The translations under genes and the position numbers were made by a program. A model generated the notes under the pieces. It saw only the letters and a program-made list of their open reading frames with translations, had not been told where the DNA came from and ran no database searches. DNA of 64,000 nucleotides from Bugula neritina (Eukaryota > Animalia > Bryozoa), in contig OZ037767.1 of assembly GCA_964035545.1 (NCBI GenBank), forward strand, positions 5,410,707 through 5,474,706, written 5' to 3'. This document shows positions 18,095 through 31,579 of the stretch, piece by piece. Positions within the stretch are counted from its first letter, which is position 1. Every line of letters begins with the position of its first letter.

Positions 18095-18765
18095 GAATTG
18101 TGCAATAATGTACAAATTATTAATCATTGTGAGAAATTGTTGTTTTAACAGCTATATTTCTAAAGTTTATATTTAAAGCATTTGCATAGACTAAGGCCTT
18201 ATTAAGGGTTATGCAGCTCACTATTTAAGGGTTTATATTTACTGTAGTGTTAAAAATCAGCTCAGTCTACTCAAAACTTAGTCTATTCTCCCTGGACAAA
18301 GGAAGTCACATATGTTACTCCCAGTAATAATTTATTATTAAACTATAGGCAGATAACAAAACAAGACCATTGAAACTACCACAATTATAATATCCATACA
18401 ATTATAGTTAGAGCCTACTGATATTTTCAATATAGTTCCACAGGAAGACAACTCTAAATACACTCAGAATTTTTTTTACAACTATTGCATAATTATGGCA
18501 TTTCATGTAATCTAATAATTCAAAATACATATAGTAACTGATTTTTATTTGATATTTATTAATTGGTAATTTGCAACAATGTTGAGATATCATGGTAGTT
18601 TAATAAACAATGTCATAAATCAAAACAATAGAAACGGGTTGCTGCTTACACTGCAGATTTGATTGTTAAAAGAAATGCAGTATATGACTACATTCTAACT
18701 ATTGTTTATACCAATAGCATACTTCAACGTATGAGCAAGAGAAAAATTTATTCTAGGAGGTAGAG

Positions 18766-20238
18766 ATGATGATTAATATCACATTTACAATGAGTTATGC
18801 AACAGCTGTAATAAGGCTCCTCATCATTGGGACTCAAACGCTGAACAGTGTGAATGGAAATTTAGCTGCGGCTTCAGGTGGTTGCTGTACTCCTCAAATA
18901 AGAGAGCAGACAGACGAGATAGTAAATACAACTGGTGAGAGTAGGTAGACTTATAAATCACGTGATTATATTGGTTATTAAGTGCGTTAGATCATGTGTG
19001 CTATTTATGTATAATAGATGTATACTCCAATAGGAATTATATCAGTTGAATTAAAAGAAATGGGTTAATAGTATTAGTAGTTGTAAAATTATTTGAAATC
19101 ATTACATGAACACCATTAAGGTACTTTTTGCTATTATTACAGTTTCATGAATCGAAATTAAGTAATTTCTATGTAAAAGGTAATTTGATACAGTTATAAT
19201 ACTGTATTTAACTTTGTTTACTCACGCCAATTCAATAGTTATAAAAAGAGTTCAGGGAAAAGCTATGAGTCAGTTAAAATCAGAAAATCCACTCGTCTCA
19301 AAAAGCCAAGTGAAGCTACAGTCTAACAATGATATTAATATTGCCAAACTCAAATTACCACAGAAAAATATTGAAGAGGTAGAAAAGTAAGTAAATAAAG
19401 CTATTTATAGAATGCTGTCCAAAACGACAAATTTATTTTGCTTAATAATATACGAGATTAAATTTTCTAATTATGTAATCAATCAGTACCATTTTGATAT
19501 TAGTATTAATACTAGAGTGCCTTAAAAAAGTTAGTATCAGTTTGTTGACATAATCTAGCATGGCGTCAGTAGCTAATAACAAAATAGCATGCGAAGACTT
19601 AATATTTTTTATTATTTGTTAGTAAATTACATTTCATCTAAATGATGAATTTGTGACTTAAAGTTCATCTGAGACTGTTTAAATCACATGTTCTCTGCTT
19701 ATGCTATACTAAAAATAAAACTTCGTTATTATCTAATGATAAACTTTGTATATCAAAGAGATTGGGCAGAGTACACTCAGCTTTCTTCCTCACTCATCAA
19801 AGAAGTAGGCAATGTAGAGCAAACTGTCAACCAAGTAGAAAAATCCATTCAGACAGGCCAAAGCAGTAAAGAGCTGGTTTCTCAGCTTAAAATGATTCAG
19901 TTGGTTATGACGCTTCTAGATAACATTGCAGGTAAAATTTTGCTTGTATGTAGAATGTAAACAAATGAAAGCTTTACAACTGAACTGTTAATAAATTAAA
20001 TTAAATTTAATATTTTTGTAAAAAAAACTATGCTATAATGTTAAATATCTTATAAACTAAATCTTTGCCTGAAAAGATAATTAGCTGCAAGTCTATACAG
20101 ATGCATTAAAACAGCAGTTAATATATTTATGTGAGCAATAAACTGCTTTAAAGTCCTTCATAATTCTAAGGAGAAGTTGCTTCCTCTTTGATTCTGGAAA
20201 TCTATATATAATATTTACATGTATATAAATGTATATAA

Positions 20239-20319
<81 letters not shown>

Positions 20320-20568
20320 AATCTGTGGACAGCAGCTGTTTCGGGATTTGTCCCCTCATCAGCACAGAACAGAGCATCATGGCCCACACCTTCGCAATAG
20401 TAGAAACTTATAGTTTTACTAAAGCATATTTAAAAGGTGTGTAAACCCAAGCCAGAGTGCTCAAGTGACTCTAGGGGTCACCTAGGAGTCACGAGCATTG
20501 CTAAATGCTAGCAGCATGGTGAGAGTGCTCAATCATTTAATGTCATTGCTGAGCATTAAATGAGAGCG

Positions 20569-20629
<61 letters not shown>

Positions 20630-21487
20630 GAATTATGTAAGTACACATCTGTATCAATATTATTGAAAAATCATCAAATGATTAACGTAAATATTCACTT
20701 ATACTTATATACTATTTGAAAATTTCTAGTATAGTATAGACTTTCAAATTATGTGGTTTGCAGCAAATGAAGTGCCTGTTATACAAGAAAATGGAAAAGT
20801 AAGTGTGCTCAAAGGGAAGAAGATAAATCTAGACTTTGCTAACAGTAATATAGATATACAAAAGGGCAACTTAGATACAACTTCCTCACAGACTACTTAT
20901 TCCAAACCAAATGAAGTGCAACCATTTAGTGAGTGTATATTGTACCTATTTCTTTAAATAGAAACATGTATTTAAGATGGCCAGTAAGTTATATGTATAT
21001 AGCAAAATATTCCAATATAGAACATATTCATGATGCTAGACTGATATTATTGGTGTGTATTATTGATTATTTAATTTTTCTTTCTATCTAGTTGAATTCG
21101 CTGCTTAAATTAAGAAAATGTTTTTTTGAAACTTTAATAAAATTCAAAGCTTGAAATCATATCCTAAAAATTATTCTGACTATAGGAACTGCTACTGATA
21201 TTTTATTTAGCTAATATTAGCAAACATTTTTTCCATTTTTAGAGAAGGTTGCGGACAAAGGCTTAAAGCTGAAAAGAAATAAAGTTGAGTGGGCAATATT
21301 GCTCTCAATAGTGAGCATTGTGATTCTAATTGGATGTGTCTGTGCTATAAGCCAGTGTGTTCCAGTTTACAAGCGTAAAGCTTTACAAAAGATACCTTTA
21401 CAATATACCAAGTTGCCTTGGATCAGTCCTGCTGAAATTTGTAAAGCAACACAAGTAAATCAAGACGTCAATTCTTCACATAGGTGA
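18766..21487 (+). CDS. Uncharacterised single-pass (probably type I) membrane protein, ~299 aa
   Basis: Exons 18766-18934, 19239-19386, 19759-19931, 20764-20928, 21243-21487. GT-AG introns with phases 1,2,1,1 give a 900-nt open frame. Weak signal-like N-terminus (MSYATAVIRLLIIGTQTLNSVNG), helical Q/K/E-rich middle, TM segment WAILLSIVSIVILIGCVCAISQCV followed by YKRK, short tail containing LQYTKL. Confidence 0.75.
20223..20316. repeat. (TA)n microsatellite
   Basis: Directly visible; left flank of the hammerhead element. Confidence 0.95.
20317..20568 (-). mobile_element. ~250 bp hammerhead-bearing element (retrozyme or Penelope-like terminal repeat remnant) inserted in a (TA)n microsatellite
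   Basis: GC-richer island bounded sharply by (TA)n on both sides. It contains the hammerhead and two hairpins. The family assignment is inferred from the known association of short type I hammerheads with Penelope-like elements and non-LTR retrozymes. Confidence 0.6.
20322..20368 (-). ncRNA. Type I hammerhead ribozyme
   Basis: The minus strand reads UCUGUG CUGAUGA GGGG-ACAAA-UCCC GAA ACAG-CUG-CUGU C CACAGA. This gives stem I UCUGUG/CACAGA, core CUGAUGA, stem II, core GAAA, stem III and cleavage triplet GUC (cut between 20328 and 20327). Confidence 0.9.
20569..20625. repeat. (TA)n microsatellite
   Basis: Directly visible; right flank of the hammerhead element. Confidence 0.95.
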
Positions 21488-22969
21488 ATATAAATAAACT
21501 TCAAATCCATTATCAGCATTCTAAAATAATAAAAGCATGCAATTGAAGCTCCTTAAAAAAAGCAATATTTTACTGTAAGTTTGGTTTTAAAAAACTTTAT
21601 GAATTAAAGAAAATTGCATAAAAATTCAAATCAAAAATTTAATTTTTTTAAGCTTTAAATTACTGCATAAGTAGCTATAGACAACAAAAAACTTGCAAAG
21701 ATTTGTTATAGATGCCTTAGGTAAAAAATATTTACTGTTTCTTCTAGAAGAAAATCTCATACTACAGATAAAAATGGCACTTGCCCAGGACAAAACACAG
21801 CAAAGTTCAAGGGCAATGTAAAAAGGTAAATGTGTTTGTAAGTAAAACATGATTGCAAATAAAAATATTATTAGTTTCAAGAATATAGGTTTATATCTAT
21901 TATCAAGTTGAATCTCTAATTTGGGAAATATTTCCTTTACATTCTTATTTCAACATGTCATTAAGATAGTAGTAACAGAAACTTCGGCAGCCATTACCAT
22001 ATTTCTAAAGATTAAAATAATATAAGTAAAACAAACATTTAGTTGTTTTAGGGTTTCACTTTAGTATGTTTAATTGGTAATATGCTTACCATAACAGTTC
22101 TTCACCACTTAAAACACGATAACTTTGCTATATGACATTTTTTAATGATTTCAGTCGTCATTGTTTACTGTAAGCAGCTGTATAGTTTTGGCACTACAAT
22201 AATTAATAATGCATGTGTGTTTACAAAAGATTTATATATATTTTCTAATAATGCCGCTGATCATCTTACAGCTCCTGTGGACATTCTTTTAAAAGTTCTA
22301 TATATGGGAGTTGTCCACACTGTAATGCTAATATTCTCAATTCAACCAGAGCAAAGTTAGTTGAAATTAAATATCTTGGTAAGTAATGCCCGCACTTAAA
22401 CAATAGATGGTGGACAGCAATATAATAAAAACTTAACAAAATGGAAATATGTATAACAAGTGCCAACGCATAATTGTAATGTTAAAAAGCAACGTATGAA
22501 ATATGGTTAGTTTAGTTTAACTTTAGATCTACATTAGAGTTGCTGAATTTTTAGCTCAGAATCGCATGGGATATGCGATGAAATGTTTCTATTATCACTG
22601 CAGAGTGTTATTTCCTAATTTATCATGATGTAGTTATATTACACTTTGACTAAGTCTCATAATACTTAGTGCTTTTAAGAGTTATGCTTTCTTATTATCA
22701 AATTGTGATAGCAATAAGTAATATGGAGCCCAATTACCAGCTGGTTGAAATTGCATAACTTTAATTATTCCGAGACTCACTTGATACTGATTAGTGAGAA
22801 TAAGTTTAGTTTAATTTATTACACCAAGCAGCTCTTCACTTTTCACTAAAACCTGATTGGTTTCTTTCATTCAATTTATGTGAAAGTAAGTTAGGTTAAA
22901 ACTTCTCTTACTTGTTACAAACTGGCAGCAAAGTTCAATACTGGAACTGCTATTATGCATAATATACAT

Positions 22970-23122
<153 letters not shown>

Positions 23123-26100
23123 AAGCTTTCCTAAACTGTGCCATATATTACTATTATTAATTTTCTTAAGTATGATGAATTGCAACCTCCAAATTTTCCA
23201 CTTCCTCATTCTGAATTAATTGAAATGTCTTCAAAGCTTGCCTCATACCCCATTCATTTCTGTTGCTGATTGCATCATTTAAATGGTTCTAAGGTTTTCA
23301 TACTACTCTTTAGTGTTCCATTATAGACCTATTGACATTATATTAGTTGGTATTTGCATCAAATGCATAAGTGAGTTTTACTTCTCATTATCAGCCTTTT
23401 TCACAGTTTTGTAGTTCACATCTTAACTTGTTAGAAAATAGACAAGTTTTTAATGAGCTTTGGTAAGTGAGGTCACACACTAACTACAAGCATGTTAGGG
23501 TTTATAACCTATCAATATAAGAAATATCACCAATTTGTCTTTCTCCCTTCTCTGCCCACAGCTTATTGCATGCATGACTGCTAGTTTTTGAGAAAGTTTA
23601 AAATCAAATTATGCATCTTTGTATATTATAATGCAGAACATTTAATTTGACACATAACTTTTGTTTTTAAAAGTATTACTTTCTGCATACATAAACTTTT
23701 ATATTAAAAGTATAATGTTTATAAGCAAATAAGGAAATTAGTAGGGTAAATAACTCCAACACACGCACAAGGTTGAAATATAAACTTAGATGTAGTTGTC
23801 ATGCATCACTTTGTATCATTTTTAACTTGTCAAAGTTTTATAAGTTTTACCCAAAAAAGATAATTAATTATATTTTAGGTCACTTTATTATCCCATTATT
23901 CAATTTTATTGCAAATTGCAAAACATGATATGTGGGTGTTTCATAGTCATGCACATTATAAAAAGCCATTAGGTAGTTGGTGAAATAATATATGGGTAAC
24001 TTTCTAGGTTTGTGCTTATAAATCTTTATTATGCAAGCATACAAATGATAGTATTTTAGTTTCTGATAGTTCAAAAGATACATGTAGTGTGTGAGGCTTC
24101 AAAGCATATAAAAGCTTATTAGCTTCGAAGTTGAAAGTTGAAAAGCATGTTGGCAAAGTTAAGAATTGTTAATTTTGTGATAGATTTATTAGTAAATGGG
24201 ATTTGGTGTACTTTTGTCACTGCTTTGCCTTTTAATTGGTCAGAATTGAAGTATTCATGAAATATCATCCACTTAGTACATGAATCTAATTGATTGTTAG
24301 TCAACATAATGCACTTGGGATATTATATACAAAAGTTGTACACTTGTTATACATCAGCAATATTTTGAAGAACAGGGTAAACAATAAAATTCCCTTATAT
24401 TTCTCTAGAATATTTATTATTGGATAGATAACCCGGATATGTCAGTAGATTACTTCTGGGTAGGTGTAGCCTATATCCTCCAGTTCTCTGAGTAAACAAC
24501 ATGACTTGCCTTGTCAATGTCAGTTGCATAATAGCGTGGTGTGTAGTAGTGGCAGGGGCTGGGAACATTTGCAATTGTTTCTTATTATGTATTCACAGTG
24601 TCCATGTCAGTTGTCATTGTTGTCTAAGATTTATTACTCAAGTAATTGGGACTTGAAAACGTGAGGCACAGCCAAATCACATTTCTCGAAAGAATAAAGG
24701 CGCAACAATGCCTTCAGCTGTAAGGTGTGCAATATCTAGGGCCATCATCATCTGCATGAGATATACTTCATGCATTCTTATAGATACGTTTTATTAAAGC
24801 ATTAACCTACTATTGTTTCATTATTAATTCTTTATGACTATCAATATTGCATGCTTACTGCAATCACGTGGCAATATAATGATAACGCTAATGTAGAGTC
24901 TGAAAGCATACGTATACAGAGTGTTCATGTAGGTTCACTGACATATATTATCAACCTGCTTCCAACTGGTGTTGCATATAATAATTATGATTGAATTGGT
25001 TACAAAATAAAGTTTGATCACCTCGTGTAGGTCATAGTGACACTTAAAAGCAATTATTTCTTATAACAATACCTACACCGTTACAGCAAACACAATGCCT
25101 TCTTATAATTATAACAATATTTATCACAACGTTATTGCAAAATCCACCTATAATCAATATGATAGTCTAATATTAAACAGCAATTACATTGTATTTATCT
25201 CGTGGCAGCTGCACCGGTATATTTATCTATATTTTATAGACGAAAGAGAATGCCTTTCTCGGACAAATCTCAAACGAAACAACGGATGTCTTAATTTCAG
25301 TAGTAAAAAGCATAACCAGGCAATGTCACGAGGGCTGAAATATAATCAAGACTGTTGTCCTTCAGAAATGGATAGCAGTGTTACTGTCAATTACCTGCCT
25401 GTATTACCCCATTCTGAAGGTAAAGGCCAAAGGCTGGTTCTTCTTTTGCAAATTTCAGCATGTCAAGTGGCAATTATACGTTTTGCTAAATTAGCAGCTC
25501 TGTAGCTTTCTTTATTTCTCACAAGGATGAGACTTGTACACTGCTAGTATCATAGTTATTCCCAGGAACCTAGGTTCAGAGTTGCAAAAACCTAGAAGAT
25601 TAATAGGCCTATCCAAATTCATCTTGTACAAATGTAATTGTAAAACTACTTGGCAATAATTTGTCATCAAAAATAGGAATTATTTGATAAAAAGCTGCAC
25701 CTAGATTTAGATGTGGTAACAAGTTTGAGTTTTTTGGTTAGCTTTTACTTGTGCAAAGATGTGGCATAACATAGGAAAATACTTCAAAAATAGGTTTAGG
25801 ATCAAATAGTCTGTTCTGACATGCATGTGAATAGCTAAAAGTAATCCATAATGTTATGCTTGAACTTTTCCAGCACTGTCTTTTAGTGCTTGTTGTTATA
25901 ACACATAATCCACAGCCAGTTAAGTCTTGTCATTTTAAGAAGGGTTTTTTACATGGTTATAAGTGTTAATGAGTCACAAATCTTCAATAATATTGCCAAG
26001 AACATCTTATTAATACCTATCAGCTTTTCTAAATAATGACTGTATAGGTCAGCTACAGCTATATATTCATATACTATTTAGAGTACAATTAAGATGAATA

Positions 26101-27374
26101 TTAGCAATAAACGGCTTATGGCTTATAGCTTATACATGTATAGTTAGAGTCATAGTTATAGTATAGCTAACATCACTTGCATATGTTTGCAATTGTCTGT
26201 AATCCGAATGACTTGTCTTGTAACAAACTCTGCTTACAGCATTAAGCATTATTTAAGATGGTGGTAGGGTGGCAAGATCCTGAAAAGTAAGGATGAAGTT
26301 CCCTAGCAGATGTTATGCTTACTCATCAATGTTAGGCAAAACTTACATAACATGCACTGCTACTGTAGGCTGTGTTATGTATATGCTATATATCATCCAC
26401 TATCTATCAGTCTATACTGTCATGAGACTCTGTGTTTTACTCAGTTTAGACTTTATATAGTGATTGTGACTTTGCAATTTCATAGAATATCACTTTTATT
26501 GCTCAGCTTTAGAAAAGTGACAATCTGAGCTAAATAATATTACCTAATACATGTTATCAGTTGCAGACCACCTCTTTCCTTCTTTTTAGAAAATGGCTTC
26601 TTTCACAAGATGAAGAAATGCAAAAAGACTGAAATTGAAAGGAAACTACCCAAAATGCCTCACCATTAAATCACCACTAAAGGTTTATGAGATAAGACAG
26701 TCTGTGGTAGTCGAGGATGGATATTTATTCTGATGCATGATGAATCAGCCTTGCTGTAAACCGTGTTGGTAAACTGACACTTATCATGGAGGATATAGTA
26801 GCTGATCACTTAGCATCTAAAGTCTGCCATTACACAGATTACTCACGGCACGGCCCTAGATTCAATCTGGCAACACCTTCCATTCATTACGTAACGGAAT
26901 GTCACATTTTTTATTTTCTGGCACAAAGTTGCCAAGATAGAGATTAGGCTGAGTAAACAATTAGATAAGACATTGTTGAACAATGCCAGTGGGAAGCCTG
27001 ATTGTAAAGGAATAAGGCTTTCTGCCATAGAAGACTATACCAGCCAAGATTTCATAATCTTATAGACACTGTTGTTGGGCCCATGTCCTTGCACAATGTA
27101 TTATGTGATTAACTTTTTAATTTGCATAATTTCCAATTAATCAATTTAACTGCTAGCATTAAAGTTCTGACAAGCATAAAATAATGTTATTGCTGATAGG
27201 TAGCAAAGAACTTTGGTGGTTTAGAAGATTTATGTAATTTTAGTTTGTGATTAAGAATGCATGAATGATTATGGACTATACTGTCTGTAAAATACTTCGG
27301 AAAAACAAAAAAACATTTTTTCATTAACATTGTATTCAAAAATACATATAATTACTTGAATTGCTAAATAAATG

Positions 27375-27377
<3 letters not shown>

Positions 27378-27420
<43 letters not shown>
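27378..27420. repeat. (TA)n microsatellite
   Basis: Directly visible. Confidence 0.95.
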
Positions 27421-27422
<2 letters not shown>

Positions 27423-28917
27423 CAAAACTTAAGTTTCATAAGAATATATTTGATGATTATTGTTAGATAACATTGAGTTCAGGATATATGTACAGTTTTA
27501 CAATACCGAAATATGCCTGATATCCAACACTCATTTCAGTATCAAAGCTGGCACGTTCAACCCCCTCCTCCTTCAAACCTTATAAGCAACAAAACTTCAA
27601 TGTAAGAAATATGCCACATCATAATTGCATATATAGCCATAGCCAACTTTCAAAAATCTTTATCAGTAAAAGAATGTAAAGATAAAGTTCATGGTTGGCT
27701 TTGTGATGTAAGCAAGATATAGCTAATATAAAATATTTTACAACTGAATTGTCCAAACAAAGGAAAGATAACTCTTGTTCTTGACAGAGTTTATCCTTTT
27801 TATAGTAGTTCACAAAGAAAGTTCAAGTTTTTATTATATTTTGAGAGAGAGTATTATAGCAGCTGTATTATAATAGCTAAAAGTGTGAAATTTTCAACTT
27901 CTTATTGCGTGATTGTAGAATTATAGACGTTTGCTATAACTTATTATATCGCTGTTATTCATAATTTATTGTTGGGAACGCTGAAGTAATTGCTTGTTAT
28001 ACTAGCAAAAATAGCAGCACCAGTTTAGTTTGTAGAATAAAATATTACTAAATGCTAAACTCTTTAACTGATAATTGTAGCACATTTTGAACTAATGGAA
28101 CTTACTAATTATCTGAAAAAATAAAACACTTTGAAAGAGTTTCCATCAGAACAAATAAGTTAATACAAGTGTTCAGCTAATGAATGTCAGCTCATATTAT
28201 TTGAAAATCAATTTCAAATTAGATTAATGCTAAATGTTCAAAAATTTACTGGCAACGTCCTAGACAATATTTAGCTAATACAAGCGTTAAACTGCATAAA
28301 TATATCATATTATAGTGGGATAATTGAGATAACCATCAAAACTAGATTAAGTTGAGGGTGCATGGGTGTAAAAACTTTCAGAGTTCAAATTACCAACTTT
28401 AATATATTGGGCAGATGTCAAAGCGTGATGAAATCATGACTAGCCTAGTTTTTAACTTTTAAAGTAACACTTCTAACTTTCAAGTCTAACTGATTAAAAT
28501 TGATGCAAACATAAATCGTCTTCTTTAATTAAGTTGACTGAATGTTGGTCAATGATGATTAAACACAGAGTCTTATCACGTGAATGTAAAATAAGTGGAG
28601 TGCTTTTTGCTTTAACTTATGTAAGATGAGGAATATTTCACGTGACATGTAGATAAAGCTACAACTATATCCGAGATTGTGGAAATAAGGCTATATATGC
28701 ATATAGAAGAACATTGTTAATTTTTTGTTTTCTTTAGCATTGAAAAATGGAAAACAAACAGTAAGCCCAATTCTAGTTTTTAAATAGTTATTATATTTCC
28801 TATAATGTCAAAGTTTTTTATATTTCAACAGTTGTACCTGAAAGAACACTTGGCTGAATATTATTTATACATACATGTATATATAAAAAGTATTGCCAGC
28901 AACATAAAAACTGCATA

Positions 28918-28921
<4 letters not shown>

Positions 28922-28994
<73 letters not shown>
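28922..28994. repeat. (TA)n microsatellite
   Basis: Directly visible. Confidence 0.95.
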
Positions 28995-28995
<1 letters not shown>

Positions 28996-29465
28996 TATAA
29001 TATATAGAAGTTTGGTAAGAATTATGTACTACTTTACAAGCAGTCAAGTTATGTAATTAAACTTACTAGCATTTGAATAATTTCATTTTAACAGCAAAAT
29101 GAGACTTGGCGCTATTTGGAGAGGAAAGGCAAGTTCCAACACATAGCAATGACCATATATGATTATATTTATAAGTCTACATGGAGCAACATTCTTTGAA
29201 TTACTTGGATTGTTTATATAGACAAAGTTCATGATGAGAGATTACTAGTGACGTGGTTAATCTGCATGTAATCTGAATCAACAATACTGGCTCCTAAAGT
29301 TAAGTTATTGTTCTCAGAGTGCAAGTTATCTTGTGAATATTTTATCTTTTGGTTCCAGTTTAAATATCATAAAATTAAAATTCTGACATGTTTTTAGTTG
29401 ATAAAGACTGTCATATAATTAAATTTGGTAAAAATGTAAAACATTAATTTCCCAATATATTTATA

Positions 29466-29538
29466 TGTGTGTGTGCGTGTGTGGTGTGTGGTGTGTTGTG
29501 TGTGTGTGTGATGTGTGCTGTGTGTGTGTGTGGTGTGC
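29466..29538. repeat. Degenerate (GT)n microsatellite
   Basis: Directly visible. Confidence 0.9.
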
Positions 29539-31579
29539 GCACACAAATTCAAAGGTACATAGAAAGATTACGTGCTTTTCTACTTTGTAACCTATCATCC
29601 TGCCTATTTATTTGTTACAGCTGCATATATGCAGAAAAAAACTGCTTTATCATTGAATTAAAGGTTAACTTCCTTGCAAAGGTTTGAAAAAAGTACTTAA
29701 AAGCAGTTTATCTCTACAGCAAATGCAAGCTATGAAACAGCAAAGCTATAATAGAAAAGTCATTGAGCAATTGTTCTCTAGGAGATTTTCATTGTTACAT
29801 GTTGGTAACATGGATCACGAGTTGGTAACACATGTACTACATGAGGAAGTCTTTATTCAAAGCCATTTGCTATTATTTAGGCTACTATTTGCAGTTTTTA
29901 CATTCAGCCAATTACCTCTAGTTAAACTTTGTTTAGCTAGTTTTGGTTACAAGTGTCGGAAATATCTGATGACTCAAGTGTTTTCTAGTCTGGTTTCTTA
30001 CTCTATCAAATGATAACAAATCACAGGACTTTCAGCTCTAGTTCTGAGAAAAACAATTTAATAAACCACAGCTAAGTTTTGATTTAGTCAGGAAAGAAAG
30101 ATTCGGAGATTAAGTGGTAACTTGGGGTTAGGTTATAAAAAGTTTAAGAAGTTTAATTTCATATCAAATTTTCACGCTAAATGTTTATTGGAAGTATATA
30201 TAGGTTGGATATTGCTTCTATTATCACATCGTGATAGGTAAAGCTAAACCCTATGCTATCAAATGCAAGAATTCCAATTAGATAATAAATACATTGCTTT
30301 CATAGATTACATATTACCTTATCTAGCTATGAATGAAAATTGTTTATGGTATCTTGTGGCTGCTGTTTTAAGGCTAAGTTCAGGAGTTCTATGAAGTGTA
30401 CGCGTACATGTATATCTCTAATCACACATTCACTGGTTACTGTGTTTGTATTTTTAATTACATTTGTCTTTTGTTCTATAATACAAGTTGAATTCATATT
30501 ATATACAGCATGGAAATTTTCTATTTGCCGTAATTACTTATGAACCATGCAGTAAGTTTAATAAACAGTTTTAATGTATGTTTTGCAGTTTATTATTTAT
30601 AATGCAAACTTATATGCACCATGCTTTATTTTGCCTAAATTTAAACTATGTTTTATCAAATTTTATGCTAACAAAACAGCCGCAGTATCAAGGCATGGTA
30701 GTGATTTTATCAAATAAAAGCTATAAAGGATCGAAGAAAAATTAGTTGCAAAAGTATTATGTTTGTTTCTTGGTTTATTCAAAGTTTTCATCTGTTTTCA
30801 AAGTTTTCATTAAACTTTCAAATCTTCACAGCTGATTTGCCATTTTAATTTGGTCCATTCTTCAAAATTATAAATAATAGTTCGAGTTGTGACGTGCATT
30901 CCCCTCCCCCATATTTGTTTATTAAACTTGTTATATTGCTAGTATTATAGGTTAATGAATCATTGCCATGAAAACATTAACTTAATCTGCTATACAGAGA
31001 TAATATCTAAACCATTTTGTGTCTTTGATTTGCCCCAACTATAGTCTTTCAACTTTTATAATACGAAGTCAATCCATTATTCAAGCAGTTAACTGTATAG
31101 TCAAGATGTACTCAAATTTAAAACATTATAAAATATTTCTACCAAACTAATTACCACTCTGAAACAATCAGTTGTCTATGAATGACATAATAGCTCTACA
31201 TAAGCAAATAACTATCACTCATTCTAAATTACATTGTAAATTAATGAAAAACACAAATTTAGTCTTATAATTTATTTTATATTTTATACATAAAAGAATA
31301 AATACTAAATATCTTTTAACAAAGCTATGCCAAGTTGTCTGAGTAAAAACCTATATAGAATGCTACAATGCTATACAGGGTCTAAAAATAAACTTATTTG
31401 TTAGTTAGACTTTATATTGCAGCTACCATTGTTATAGGCTTTGTCCAATAGCAAATCTATTACGTCACAATATTTACGGGAGATTTTTACAAAATCAAAA
31501 TTAATTTACAGTAAAAAAGGAGGGACTTAAAACTGTGGCACCCAAAATATAAATTTAATAAAAATAAATCTAAAACTTT

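Noticed and set aside
25095-25505. 136-aa ORF as a stand-alone gene
   Set aside because: AT-rich intron-like composition at both ends and no motif or paralog; only the central exon-like part is kept, as a weak finding.
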